Below the pieces are notes generated by a model. It was not told where the DNA came from and did not search any database. It was given only the letters and a program-made list of their open reading frames with translations. 36,672 bases of DNA from a virus (Duplodnaviria > Caudoviricetes): positions 1 to 36,672 of the IMG/VR virus record IMGVR_UViG_3300027323_000055. The stretch is one strand, 5' to 3'. Shown here piece by piece: positions 27,318 through 36,175 of the stretch (its first letter is position 1; each line of letters starts with the position of its first letter). The translations under genes and the position numbers were made by a program.

Positions 27318-27904
27318 GAACCGCCGCGCAATACCAGGCGCAACTACGCGCCTTGCTGCCGAGCGGCCCAGCATGGGATCCGGAACGCGTCCCGGAACTC
27401 GAGGACGTGCTGCAAGGCGTCGCCGTCGAGCTGGCCCGTCTCGATGCCCGTGCCGCCGACCTGCTCAACGAGATGGACCCGGCAGGCGTCAGCGAACTGG
27501 TGCCGGACTGGGAGCGAGTGATGGAGCTGCCCGACCCGTGCCTGGGCGCTACACCGCTGTTCGACGACCGCCGCCTCGCCGTACGCCGCCGCTTGCTCGC
27601 GGTCGGCAGCCAGGCCGTCGGTTACTACCTCGACATCGCCAAAAGCCAGGGCTACCCCAACGCCAGCATCACCGAACACGAAGCCCCACGCATGGGCCGC
27701 TCGCGTTTTGGCGCAGCGCACTGGGGGACCTGGGAAGCGCAGTTCATGTGGACCCTCAACACCGGCGGCCGCCTGCTGCTCGGTCGGCGCTACGGCGCGA
27801 GCTACTGGGGCGAGCGCTTTGGCGTGAACCCGGGCTCGGCGCTGGAGTGCCTGATCCACCGCAGTGCGCCGGCGCATACCAAGGTGCACATCAATTATGA
27901 CTAG
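27305..27904 (+). CDS. Mu gp48/YmfQ-like baseplate protein
   Basis: LLPSGPAW, PDWERV..LPDPC, LEC.I....PAHT motifs. Confidence 0.9.
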   Translation: MGGIRTAAQYQAQLRALLPSGPAWDPERVPELEDVLQGVAVELARLDARAADLLNEMDPAGVSELVPDWERVMELPDPCLGATPLFDDRRLAVRRRLLAVGSQAVGYYLDIAKSQGYPNASITEHEAPRMGRSRFGAAHWGTWEAQFMWTLNTGGRLLLGRRYGASYWGERFGVNPGSALECLIHRSAPAHTKVHINYD

Positions 27905-27918
27905 GGAGGAATGAGGGG

Positions 27919-28797
27919 ATGGATTATCCGAAGAGCATGCCCGGTGTCGGTTTGGTCAACAGTCGTTTTGTCGATGAGAACCCGATCACCGGAACCCCCG
28001 GATCGTTGATTCCTGCGGAGTGGGGCAACGCCCTGACCGAAGAGGTTTTGACGGTTATCAAGGCTGCCGGGATTGAACCCACCGAGGGGCTCAACACGCA
28101 GTTACTCGAGGCGCTGCGTGGCAAGAAACTGTATGAAACGCCACCGCAGTTCGATGTCAGTCAGAAGGTTGCGACGACAGAATTTGTTCAGCGCGCGCTG
28201 GGCAGTCTGGCAGGGCAGACCAACTATGCAGGGGATGTCACGCTGACGGCTGCTGATGTTGGCAAGCTTTCAGTCTTCACTGGCCCATGTACGGTGACTC
28301 TGCCTGATTGGTCCAGTGTTTCTCCTGGTGGACTGGTCAGGATTCTGAGCAGCACCGGTAGTTTGACGGTAAAGGCTCGTAATGGTGAAAGTCTGAGCAC
28401 CATCAATGGGGTATCCGCTACGTCCTTGTCATTTGCAGGGGGGTGTTTCGTAACCTTCAGGCGACTGCTATTGGGTGGGGGGTGGGGGCTGGACTCCGGC
28501 GATGGCGCGCTCAAATATTCGCCGATGTTTACCGCTTCACTGGGTACGAGCGGGGGCTACCAACGTCTTCCAAGCGGCCTGATTTTGCAATGGGGCCTTG
28601 CCACCGGTGGTGCATTGAGTGAAACCATCACCTACCCGATTGCCTTTCCGAACTCGGTACTTTTTCTGTCTGGCAGTGATATCTCACCGGGATTCGCGGA
28701 TATACGTTTTTCTTTTTACAGACTCTCGCTCAGCCAGTTCCAGCGCTTCTCCAATATCGATCCTGGTGGCTGGAACTGGTTCGCCATGGGCTTTTGA
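27919..28797 (+). CDS. Tailocin 2 tail fibre A
   Basis: Shared N-terminus MDYPKS.P.VGLV...FVDENP..GTPGSLIPA.WGN, TPPQFD..VATT motif, C-terminal GYQRLPSGLILQWG..YPIAFPN. Confidence 0.87.
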   Translation: MDYPKSMPGVGLVNSRFVDENPITGTPGSLIPAEWGNALTEEVLTVIKAAGIEPTEGLNTQLLEALRGKKLYETPPQFDVSQKVATTEFVQRALGSLAGQTNYAGDVTLTAADVGKLSVFTGPCTVTLPDWSSVSPGGLVRILSSTGSLTVKARNGESLSTINGVSATSLSFAGGCFVTFRRLLLGGGWGLDSGDGALKYSPMFTASLGTSGGYQRLPSGLILQWGLATGGALSETITYPIAFPNSVLFLSGSDISPGFADIRFSFYRLSLSQFQRFSNIDPGGWNWFAMGF

Positions 28798-28814
28798 AAT
28801 CGGAGGTGAACACC

Positions 28815-29234
28815 ATGAAATACATTGATTTCGATGCCCAGGGCGAACTTCTTGGGCGATACGACTCGGCTATTCACCTGCAGATTCCTGTCAGCGCGGT
28901 GGAAATCTCAGAAGAACTGTTCCTGCGCACGATTGATGAGCGCGACGGCATCTGGCGATATACCGACGGCAAGGTCACCAAACATTCTTTGCCGAACGCT
29001 TCGCAAGTGGTTGATGGCGAGCGAAGAGCTGCCGCCTTGGCGCGCCGTGATGAGCTGTTGGCCGAAGCCGATCAGCAAACCGTCGGCATGGCGGACGCCT
29101 ACATCGCGGGCCTGCTCGATGCAGACGATATGCAGCGATTCAAGGCATTCGCGACCTACAAACTGGCGCTGAACAAGATCGACAAGCAGCCGGGCTATCC
29201 GCAAAACGTGGTCTGGCCTGTGCTGCCCGCCTGA
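28815..29234 (+). CDS. Fibre A assembly chaperone
   Basis: GGAGG RBS, C-terminal YKLALNKIDKQPGYP..VVWPVLP Tfa-type motif. Confidence 0.85.
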   Translation: MKYIDFDAQGELLGRYDSAIHLQIPVSAVEISEELFLRTIDERDGIWRYTDGKVTKHSLPNASQVVDGERRAAALARRDELLAEADQQTVGMADAYIAGLLDADDMQRFKAFATYKLALNKIDKQPGYPQNVVWPVLPA

Positions 29235-29305
29235 GAACTGTTCCGGTCGGAAGCCTGAAAACCTGTCTAAAAAATCCATCACTCTGAATAACGGGAGGTC
29301 CGTCC

Positions 29306-30457
29306 GTGGACTATCCAAAAAGTGTGCCCAGCGCCGGTCTGGTGAATGGCAAGTTTATTGATGAAAACCCGCTGACCGGGACGCCGGGGTCGCTGATTCC
29401 TGCTGATTGGGGCAACGGGGTCACGCAGGAAATTCTCAACGTGATCAAGGCTGGGGATCTGACTCCGGACGAGAAGAAATACGACCAGTTGTTGCAGGCG
29501 ATTCAGAGCGTTTCGGCCAAGGGCTGGAATCTGGATTCGGCGCTACCGATCGGTGCTCTCCCGACCGCGACAGTGGCGACGCCGGACGGTCGTCTGGCGA
29601 TCACGCCGGCGGCGGTTTCGACGGGTGGTGGTCGGGTATCAATTCCGGCTGGAGTGCTGATCAGCCTTGGTCAGGAGGTGGTGGCCGGGCAGTTGGGGCG
29701 TGCGCGTACGTTCACCACCCAGGTGTGGAGCAGTCCCGATTTGCTGCCAAGTACCGGCTACTTTCTCCGGGCGCAGGTGATTGCGGGCGCGCTGACCTTT
29801 TACATGCAGCGCGGCACGATTTACGACGCTACGCCAGACGGTTTGAAAGGGACGGTCAATGGTGCGGCGGGCGGTGGTTTCCAGTCGACGCCGCTGGACA
29901 TCTGTCTGGCCTGGGTCGTTACGGCGGGACCCGGGTCTATACCCATTGTCAGGGCGATCTACAACCGTAACCGCTTGTCGTGGACGCAGACCGTCAATGG
30001 CAATGGCGTGGTTTACCTGCCACTTGATCCGCATGCCCGAGCGGCACGGTTGGTGGTGGGTAACCCGACGCCGCATCCCACCGGGATTACCAGCGTGAAC
30101 TTCGCGCCGACGGGTTGGCTTGGAGGCAATTACTGCTACCTCAACCCGACTGTCGGGACGTCCAACAACTGGGATGGCTGGGCAACAGCGGGCGGCGCCG
30201 TACTGATTTTTTCCAGCAATGTGGTCAGCGACACAACCGTTTCGACCTTGACTGCCAGCTTCGATCACAACGAATTGCGCTCGCTGTGGCAGTCGTATCA
30301 GGCCGAACACACGTTGGGCGCAAGTAATGCCGCCAGTGACGAATTATTGTTCAGCATGGGGCTCAAGAGTGTTGGCCCGGCCGATTACGCAAATGGCATT
30401 GCGGTCAATTTCGCCGCCGCCGTGAACGTGAACTTTTCCTGGGAGCTGATCCGATGA
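29306..30457 (+). CDS. Tailocin 2 tail fibre B
   Basis: GTG start with GGGAGG RBS, shared N-terminus, beta-rich C-terminal region unrelated to the other fibres. Confidence 0.83.
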   Translation: MDYPKSVPSAGLVNGKFIDENPLTGTPGSLIPADWGNGVTQEILNVIKAGDLTPDEKKYDQLLQAIQSVSAKGWNLDSALPIGALPTATVATPDGRLAITPAAVSTGGGRVSIPAGVLISLGQEVVAGQLGRARTFTTQVWSSPDLLPSTGYFLRAQVIAGALTFYMQRGTIYDATPDGLKGTVNGAAGGGFQSTPLDICLAWVVTAGPGSIPIVRAIYNRNRLSWTQTVNGNGVVYLPLDPHARAARLVVGNPTPHPTGITSVNFAPTGWLGGNYCYLNPTVGTSNNWDGWATAGGAVLIFSSNVVSDTTVSTLTASFDHNELRSLWQSYQAEHTLGASNAASDELLFSMGLKSVGPADYANGIAVNFAAAVNVNFSWELIR

Positions 30458-30969
30458 TCATCATTCAAGAGCTGCATCAGTTCGAGGAAGGCTTGCGTCC
30501 AGCACAGCCCTCCAGTGCCCATGTCTGGGATGGAGAAACGTGGCAGTTGAACGCTTCCAGAGTCGCCGAGCTGGAGCTTCACGAAGCCGAGCAATGGTGT
30601 TCCAAGGTCGACTCGGCGGCCGACAGTGCTCGCACCGTTTTGGCCGGCGACCCGCTCAAAGCCATGGAGTACGCCCAGGCCGCCGCCGACGCCCAGGCCT
30701 ATCAGGACGCCGGTTATCCGAAAAAAGAGGTGCCACTTTCGGTTGCTGCTTGGGTAGTCAAAGGTCGAACTGCCAAACAGGCTGCCGAACAGATTCTGAG
30801 CAAGGCCGATCAGCTTACCGATCACTTGTTGGCCCTGCGCACTTTGCGTCTGAAGGCCAAACAGCAGATCCGTGCGCACGCGGCCAAAGGCAATCCCGAT
30901 CTGGCGCGAAGAGCGAGCGATGACGCGTTGGCGGCGATTCGCGAACTGGTCAGCAGCCAGAATCTCTAG
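30454..30969 (+). CDS. Fibre B partner (putative chaperone, different family)
   Basis: Coupled to fibre B. PSSAHVWDGETW followed by helical VDSAADSAR..EY..A..LRL.AK. Confidence 0.7.
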   Translation: MIIIQELHQFEEGLRPAQPSSAHVWDGETWQLNASRVAELELHEAEQWCSKVDSAADSARTVLAGDPLKAMEYAQAAADAQAYQDAGYPKKEVPLSVAAWVVKGRTAKQAAEQILSKADQLTDHLLALRTLRLKAKQQIRAHAAKGNPDLARRASDDALAAIRELVSSQNL

Positions 30970-30996
30970 TCGCAACGCCTTCGTTCTGCATCACCC

Positions 30997-31026
30997 AAGC
31001 CCACTTCGATGTGGGCTTTTTATTTT
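30997..31026 (+). terminator. Terminator-like hairpin between fibre cassettes B and C
   Basis: AAGCCCAC-TTCGAT-GTGGGCTT followed by TTTATTTT. Same stem as 20135-20160. Confidence 0.72.
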
Positions 31027-31106
31027 CAGAAAACAGACCGCCGCTGGCTCGTACTCGCGATCGCCACGACGCGGTTCATTTGTTATTTCAGAGGAACGAA
31101 AAACCT

Positions 31107-32201
31107 ATGGATTATCCAAAAAGCGTCCCCAGCGTCGGCCTGGTCGATGGCCGCTTCGTCGATGAAAACCCGGTGGCAGGCACACCGGGTTCGTTGATTC
31201 CGGCGGTGTGGGGCAACAGCGTGACTCAGGAAATTCTGAGTGTGATTAACGGTGGCGGGTTGGTGGCTGCTGAAGCCGATACCGGGCAGTTGTACAAGGC
31301 GATTCAGTCGATCATTGGCAGAGCCAGCCCGATGCGTTCGGTCATCACCCGCCTGGCCGCGTCGAAAACCCTGACCGAGGCCGAGCTTGGCCTGGTACTG
31401 ATCGACGGCAGCCCGGGGCCAGTAACCTTGCTGCTGCCACCGGCCAACGCCGCACTCGGTGTGCGCGATGTGATTGTCCGGCGAGTGGACAACAGCGGCA
31501 ATCGCATGGTCATCCAGGCGTCAGGTACTGACGGGATTCGTTTTCACACCCATCTGTCGGCCAGCGGTTATCCGTTCTTCGTATTGATGGGCGGCGGTGA
31601 CTGGTGGCACCTGCGCAGTGATGGGGCGGGGAGTTGGTGGCCGGTCGGGCGCTTTGACAATACGCCGTTGGGGCGGCCGTTTTTCGAGACGACCCTGATG
31701 CTCAGTCCCGGCGGATACGGTGCATTGAATGGCACCGTGATGAAACGCACGGAATGGCCGTGGCTGTGGGATCACGCCCAGCAATCGGGAATGCTGGGGA
31801 CTGAAGCCTTACGCGTGGGCTCCGAGGGGAAATGGACCACGGGTGACGGTGCGACGACCTTTCGTGGTCCCGAAGGGCGAGGGGAATTTCTGCGGGTTCT
31901 GGATGAAGGTCGTGGTGTTGATGCCGGGCGGGCGATGGGTACTTTTCAGCCTGGCTCTTTGCACTCGTATGCCCAGGGCGCCAACGGCGGAGGTGCTGTC
32001 GGCGCTTATTGGTCGGATAGCCTGACCAACTTTGGCGCAGATACGCGTGAAGAGCCCCAATACGTTACAGGGCTGGTCAATGGCGGCCCGATCTTTCCGG
32101 TCAACACCACCTACCAGAGGGATACCGCAGCAGTTTTGCTCTACGCCTTCAAATCCCGCCCGCGCAACATCGCCTATCCCGGCCGCATCAAACTCATCTG
32201 A
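31107..32201 (+). CDS. Tailocin 2 tail fibre C (tail-collar-type C-terminus)
   Basis: GAGGA RBS, shared N-terminus, FRGPEGRGEFLRVLDEGRGVDAGR and SRPRNIAY motifs. Confidence 0.87.
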   Translation: MDYPKSVPSVGLVDGRFVDENPVAGTPGSLIPAVWGNSVTQEILSVINGGGLVAAEADTGQLYKAIQSIIGRASPMRSVITRLAASKTLTEAELGLVLIDGSPGPVTLLLPPANAALGVRDVIVRRVDNSGNRMVIQASGTDGIRFHTHLSASGYPFFVLMGGGDWWHLRSDGAGSWWPVGRFDNTPLGRPFFETTLMLSPGGYGALNGTVMKRTEWPWLWDHAQQSGMLGTEALRVGSEGKWTTGDGATTFRGPEGRGEFLRVLDEGRGVDAGRAMGTFQPGSLHSYAQGANGGGAVGAYWSDSLTNFGADTREEPQYVTGLVNGGPIFPVNTTYQRDTAAVLLYAFKSRPRNIAYPGRIKLI

Positions 32202-32209
32202 GGCACTTT

Positions 32210-32776
32210 ATGTTCAATTATCTATTTGATGGCTCGGGCGCTCTGTCCGGGCCTGTCGAGTTCATTGTCACGCCCGGCATTGGTGTCCAGCTACCCGGTA
32301 ATGCTGTTGAGCTGGCGTACGAGTTACCTGAGCCGGAAACCGGTCGTAGCTGGGCACTGATCAACGGTGTACCGCGTGAGGTGATCGATCGTCGAGGCAT
32401 GGTTTATCGCAAGGACGGCGGTGCGCAACAGATCTGGACCGAGCTGGGTGAGTTGCCGGACACCCTGACCGCGCAACCATGGCCAGGTGAATTCCACATC
32501 TGGCGCGACAACGCTTGGGAACTGGATGAGCAAGCTCGTTTGGCGAGCATCAGACAGCAATCGCTCGGCCAGCGCGACGCATTGTTACGTGATGCCGTCC
32601 TGCGCATCGCCCCGCTGCAATACGCCGAAGATATCGGCGATGCCAGCGATGACGAACAACTGCTGCTGATCGAGTGGAAGCTTTACAGCGTAGAGCTGAA
32701 CCGGATCGAAAAACAGGCTGGTTTCCCCGATGAAATCACCTGGCCGGTTGCGCCCGGGTCAGCAGTAAACACCTGA
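32210..32776 (+). CDS. Fibre C assembly chaperone
   Basis: DRRG.VY, ELGELP..LT, IAPLQYAEDIG, WKLYSVELNRI..FP.EITWP: lambda Tfa-like pattern. Confidence 0.87.
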   Translation: MFNYLFDGSGALSGPVEFIVTPGIGVQLPGNAVELAYELPEPETGRSWALINGVPREVIDRRGMVYRKDGGAQQIWTELGELPDTLTAQPWPGEFHIWRDNAWELDEQARLASIRQQSLGQRDALLRDAVLRIAPLQYAEDIGDASDDEQLLLIEWKLYSVELNRIEKQAGFPDEITWPVAPGSAVNT

Positions 32777-32798
32777 CTCACACACAAGGAGAAGTACC

Positions 32799-33695
32799 GT
32801 GGACTACCCAAACAGTGTTCCGAGTGCCGGTCTGGTCAACGGCCGGTTTGTCGATGAAGACCCGATCGCCGGCAAACCGGGGTCGCTGATTCCGGCCAGT
32901 TGGGGCAACGGCGTTACCCAAGAGTTGCTGAATGTCATCCAGGCAGCGGGCCTCGCCGCGTCAGAAGCCAAGACCGATCAGCTGCTGACTGCCTTGCGCA
33001 GCAACCGATTGTTTGCGACACCACCACAGTTCGATAACAGCCAGAACGTAGCCACCACCGGGTTTGTGAACCGCAGCGGTACGCAATTTTCCGGTTTCAC
33101 AACCTATGCGACTAGCGCTGCTCTGACAGCGGCTCAAGCGGGGGGAGTAGTAAGTTTCAACAGCAACACGTCGGTCACGGCCACGATGCCGGTCACCACC
33201 AGTGTCATAAGCACGAGCACGCTGACCATCCTTAATCTTGGCACTGGTGTACTGACGATCAACCCGGCGCCGAACGACCGTATTGTCAGCAGTAATACGG
33301 TGGGGTCGCTGGTACTGGGTATCGGTGACTCCGCGCAGCTTTTCCGCACAGGTAACGACTGGCGCCTTTATGGCGGCTCGGTCAGCGACCGGTTCGCTTC
33401 GATTCATTCCGGTGTCTTTGGTGATGCCGGCTATCAGCGGTTTGCGAGCGGCGTTATCGAGCAGTGGGGATCGGCAGTTTCGGATGCCAACGGCGATATC
33501 AATGTCGTATTCCCTATCGCTTTCCCCAATGCATTCAGCAACATCGTGGCGACTCATGCCGGGGGCGATAGCGCCATAGTGATTCTGAGTGGCAACCCGG
33601 CGGCAAACAAATTCGGGTGCCATTTGAAAATACGCAGCTATCTCGGCACGGTCTCTGCCGGCTGGACTGTCCACTATCAGGTGAAGGGTTATTGA
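32799..33695 (+). CDS. Tailocin 2 tail fibre D (paralogue of fibre A)
   Basis: GTG start with AGGAG RBS, shared N-terminus, TPPQFDNSQNVATT, GYQRFASGVIEQWG..FPIAFPN. Confidence 0.87.
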   Translation: MDYPNSVPSAGLVNGRFVDEDPIAGKPGSLIPASWGNGVTQELLNVIQAAGLAASEAKTDQLLTALRSNRLFATPPQFDNSQNVATTGFVNRSGTQFSGFTTYATSAALTAAQAGGVVSFNSNTSVTATMPVTTSVISTSTLTILNLGTGVLTINPAPNDRIVSSNTVGSLVLGIGDSAQLFRTGNDWRLYGGSVSDRFASIHSGVFGDAGYQRFASGVIEQWGSAVSDANGDINVVFPIAFPNAFSNIVATHAGGDSAIVILSGNPAANKFGCHLKIRSYLGTVSAGWTVHYQVKGY

Positions 33696-34142
33696 ATGAA
33701 CGTCTACAGTGTTCTCTTCAGCGCCAGCACCCGGGGCGTTTATGTACCGGGTATCCATTTGTCGCACATTCCCGACGACGTTATCGAAATTCCCCAAGCT
33801 TATTGGACCTCGCTCCTGCAGCAGTTGTCGGTCTCGGCAAAAGTGATTGGTGTGCGGCCCGATAATGGCTTCCCCATTCTCGTTGACCCGCCGCCGCCTT
33901 CATTAGAAGAGGCGGCCGACGCTGAACGTCATTGGCGCACCGCGCAACTCGCCGCCACCGACGGTCTGGTAGCACGTGACCGCGATGAACTCGAGGACGG
34001 CGGCGGCACTACATTGACCACCGAGCAATACGCCGAACTGCAAACCTATCGCCGTGAGTTGCGAGACTGGCCGCAAGATTCTTTTTTTCCGTTCACCGAG
34101 CACCGGCCGGTAGCGCCGAGGTGGCTGGCTGCTGCGCTGTAA
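33696..34142 (+). CDS. Fibre D assembly chaperone
   Basis: IPDDVIEI, G.PILVDPP, LTTEQYAELQTYRRELRDWPQ. Homologous to 10545-10973. Confidence 0.85.
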   Translation: MNVYSVLFSASTRGVYVPGIHLSHIPDDVIEIPQAYWTSLLQQLSVSAKVIGVRPDNGFPILVDPPPPSLEEAADAERHWRTAQLAATDGLVARDRDELEDGGGTTLTTEQYAELQTYRRELRDWPQDSFFPFTEHRPVAPRWLAAAL

Positions 34143-34160
34143 TTCATCAGGGAAGTTGAA

Positions 34161-35321
34161 ATGGATTATCCAAAAAGCGTTCCCAGCGTCGGGCTGGTGA
34201 ACGGCAAGTTCGTCAATGAAGACGCCGTCGCTGGCCTGCCCGGATCGCTGATCCCGGCAACCTGGGGCAACAGCGTTACCGATGAACTGTTGAATGTCGT
34301 CAAATCTGCAGGTCTTGAACCCAGCGAAACCGATGCCACACAACTGTTGCAGGCGCTGAAAAAAATCAGTCAGGCCGGTGAAGACAAGCATGCGACTGAT
34401 ATCGGTGCGACCAATCTGTACATGGCCAACTACCTGCCCGCCATCACTACGTTGAAGGACGGTCTGGCGCTGCGCTTCACCGCTGGCAACGCCAACACCG
34501 GGGCGAGTACGTTTGCTCCGAATGGCTTGCTGCCCAAGCCGCTGGTGAGCCTGGCGCTGAGTGCGTTGCGGCCTGCCGAGATTGTCGCCGGCAGTGTGTG
34601 TTCGGTGGTGTACAGCGCGGCGCTGGACAGTTGGGTACTGGTGTATGCCAGCGGTGCTGGTGCGGCGAGTGGACGGTTATTGGGAGTGAAGACGTTTACC
34701 TCGTCTGGCACTTATGTGCCGACGGTGGGGATGAAGAATGTGTTGGTGAAAATTGTCGGCGGAGGTGGCGGGAGTGCAGGGATTGCCGCGACGAATGCCA
34801 GTCAGATCACCGTCTCGGGAGGTGGCGCTTCAGGCAGTTATGCCGAGGCCTGGATCCCTTCCTCAAGTGTTGGCGCTAGCCAGATCGTGACAGTGGGCGC
34901 AGCAGGTGCTGGGGGCGTAACCGGTGGTAATGCCGGGCCCGGTGGAACGAGTTCAATCGGATCCTTGGTCTCCGCACCAGGTGGTGGCGGCGCACCAAAC
35001 GTCGGTGTGATTGGACTCGCTGATTTTGGCTTGTTTGTCGGTGGTTTCCCCAGCACTGCGGCCACTGGCGCAAATATTGTCAGCAGCGCAGGGGCTGCGG
35101 GCAGTCCCGGAATCAGCGTCAACGGTTCGATTCTTGCCGGGCATGGAGCGCTTTCGCCCTTGGGCGCGGGCGGATTTGGCAGCAGCGTTGCGGCAGCTGT
35201 GGCTGCACCCGGCTCGGGTTATGGCTCCGGCGCGGGCGGCATCGCCAATGCTATGAATCAACCGGGCAGACCCGGCGCCACCGGAGCCCGTGGCGTTGTG
35301 ATCATCTACGAGTACGCCTGA
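34161..35321 (+). CDS. Tailocin 2 tail fibre E (glycine-rich tip)
   Basis: Shared N-terminus, FTSSGTYVP..VKIVGGGGG, many Gly-rich loops, ends GVVIIYEYA. Confidence 0.85.
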   Translation: MDYPKSVPSVGLVNGKFVNEDAVAGLPGSLIPATWGNSVTDELLNVVKSAGLEPSETDATQLLQALKKISQAGEDKHATDIGATNLYMANYLPAITTLKDGLALRFTAGNANTGASTFAPNGLLPKPLVSLALSALRPAEIVAGSVCSVVYSAALDSWVLVYASGAGAASGRLLGVKTFTSSGTYVPTVGMKNVLVKIVGGGGGSAGIAATNASQITVSGGGASGSYAEAWIPSSSVGASQIVTVGAAGAGGVTGGNAGPGGTSSIGSLVSAPGGGGAPNVGVIGLADFGLFVGGFPSTAATGANIVSSAGAAGSPGISVNGSILAGHGALSPLGAGGFGSSVAAAVAAPGSGYGSGAGGIANAMNQPGRPGATGARGVVIIYEYA

Positions 35322-35575
35322 TGAAAACCTACGCACGCATCGTCAACAACACTGTGGCCGAACTGTTCTCGACTGACGGCAACATGGCCGAGATGTTTCA
35401 CCCGGATCTGATCTGGGTCGATATCACCGACATTACTCCGCTACCGCAAATTGACTGGAGCGCCAACTTCGGCACCCTCGGCTGGGTGTTCACAGCCCCC
35501 GAAGTCGCGGCACCGAACAACACCCTGACAACTCTGGCAAAAAAATGGCTGGGGGGCGTTGTCCGCCATCCATGA
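35321..35575 (+). CDS. Fibre E partner, short (84 aa)
   Basis: Coupled (TGATG). MKTYARIVNNTVAELF..WVDIT..W..GWVFTAP. Lacks a C-terminal Tfa domain. Confidence 0.7.
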   Translation: MKTYARIVNNTVAELFSTDGNMAEMFHPDLIWVDITDITPLPQIDWSANFGTLGWVFTAPEVAAPNNTLTTLAKKWLGGVVRHP

Positions 35576-35608
35576 TTCAATCGGAGCATCCAGGGAGGAT
35601 TACGCATC

Positions 35609-36175
35609 ATGCAAATCACTGAAGACAACCTTAAAACCATCATGCCCAACGCCCGCTCCCAAGCGGGCGTTTTTGTTTCTGCACTGAATAACGCAATGAC
35701 TCGCCGCCATATCGACTCGCCAAAACGCATCGCCGCGTTTCTCGCGCAAATCGGCCACGAGTCGGGGCAGTTGCAGTACGTGCGCGAACTGGGCAACAAC
35801 CAGTACCTGAGCAAATACGACACCGGCACGCTGGCCTTGCGTCTGGGGAACACGCCCGAGGCCGACGGCGACGGGCAGAAGTACCGGGGTCGCGGGCTGA
35901 TCCAGATCACCGGGCGCAGCAACTATCGCCAGTGCAGCCTCGGCCTGTTCGGCGATGAGCGTCTGCTGTCCTTGCCTGAATTGCTTGAGCAACCGCAATG
36001 GGCAGCGGAATCGGCGGCATGGTTCTGGGAACAGAACGGCCTGAACGATCTGGCCGACCGCGACCAGTTCAACAGCATCACCCGGCGGATCAACGGCGGG
36101 TTGAATGGCCTGCAGGATCGGCTCGACATCTGGGCGCGGGCGAGGGCGGTGCTATGTCCATCTCCTGGCGCCTGA
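35609..36175 (+). CDS. Endolysin, glycoside hydrolase family 19
   Basis: AAFLAQIGHESG, GDGQKYRGRGLIQITGRSNY, SAAWFW, TRRINGGLNGL.DR motifs. Confidence 0.95.
   Translation: MQITEDNLKTIMPNARSQAGVFVSALNNAMTRRHIDSPKRIAAFLAQIGHESGQLQYVRELGNNQYLSKYDTGTLALRLGNTPEADGDGQKYRGRGLIQITGRSNYRQCSLGLFGDERLLSLPELLEQPQWAAESAAWFWEQNGLNDLADRDQFNSITRRINGGLNGLQDRLDIWARARAVLCPSPGA

Noticed and set aside
17850-27904. Extracellular contractile injection system (Afp/PVC) or T6SS with toxin cargo
   Set aside because: No AAA+ ATPase, membrane complex or effector genes; components follow Mu tail gene order.
27919-35575. Invertible shufflon or diversity-generating retroelement for fibre switching
   Set aside because: All cassettes are co-oriented and complete; no invertase, reverse transcriptase or inverted crossover sites seen.
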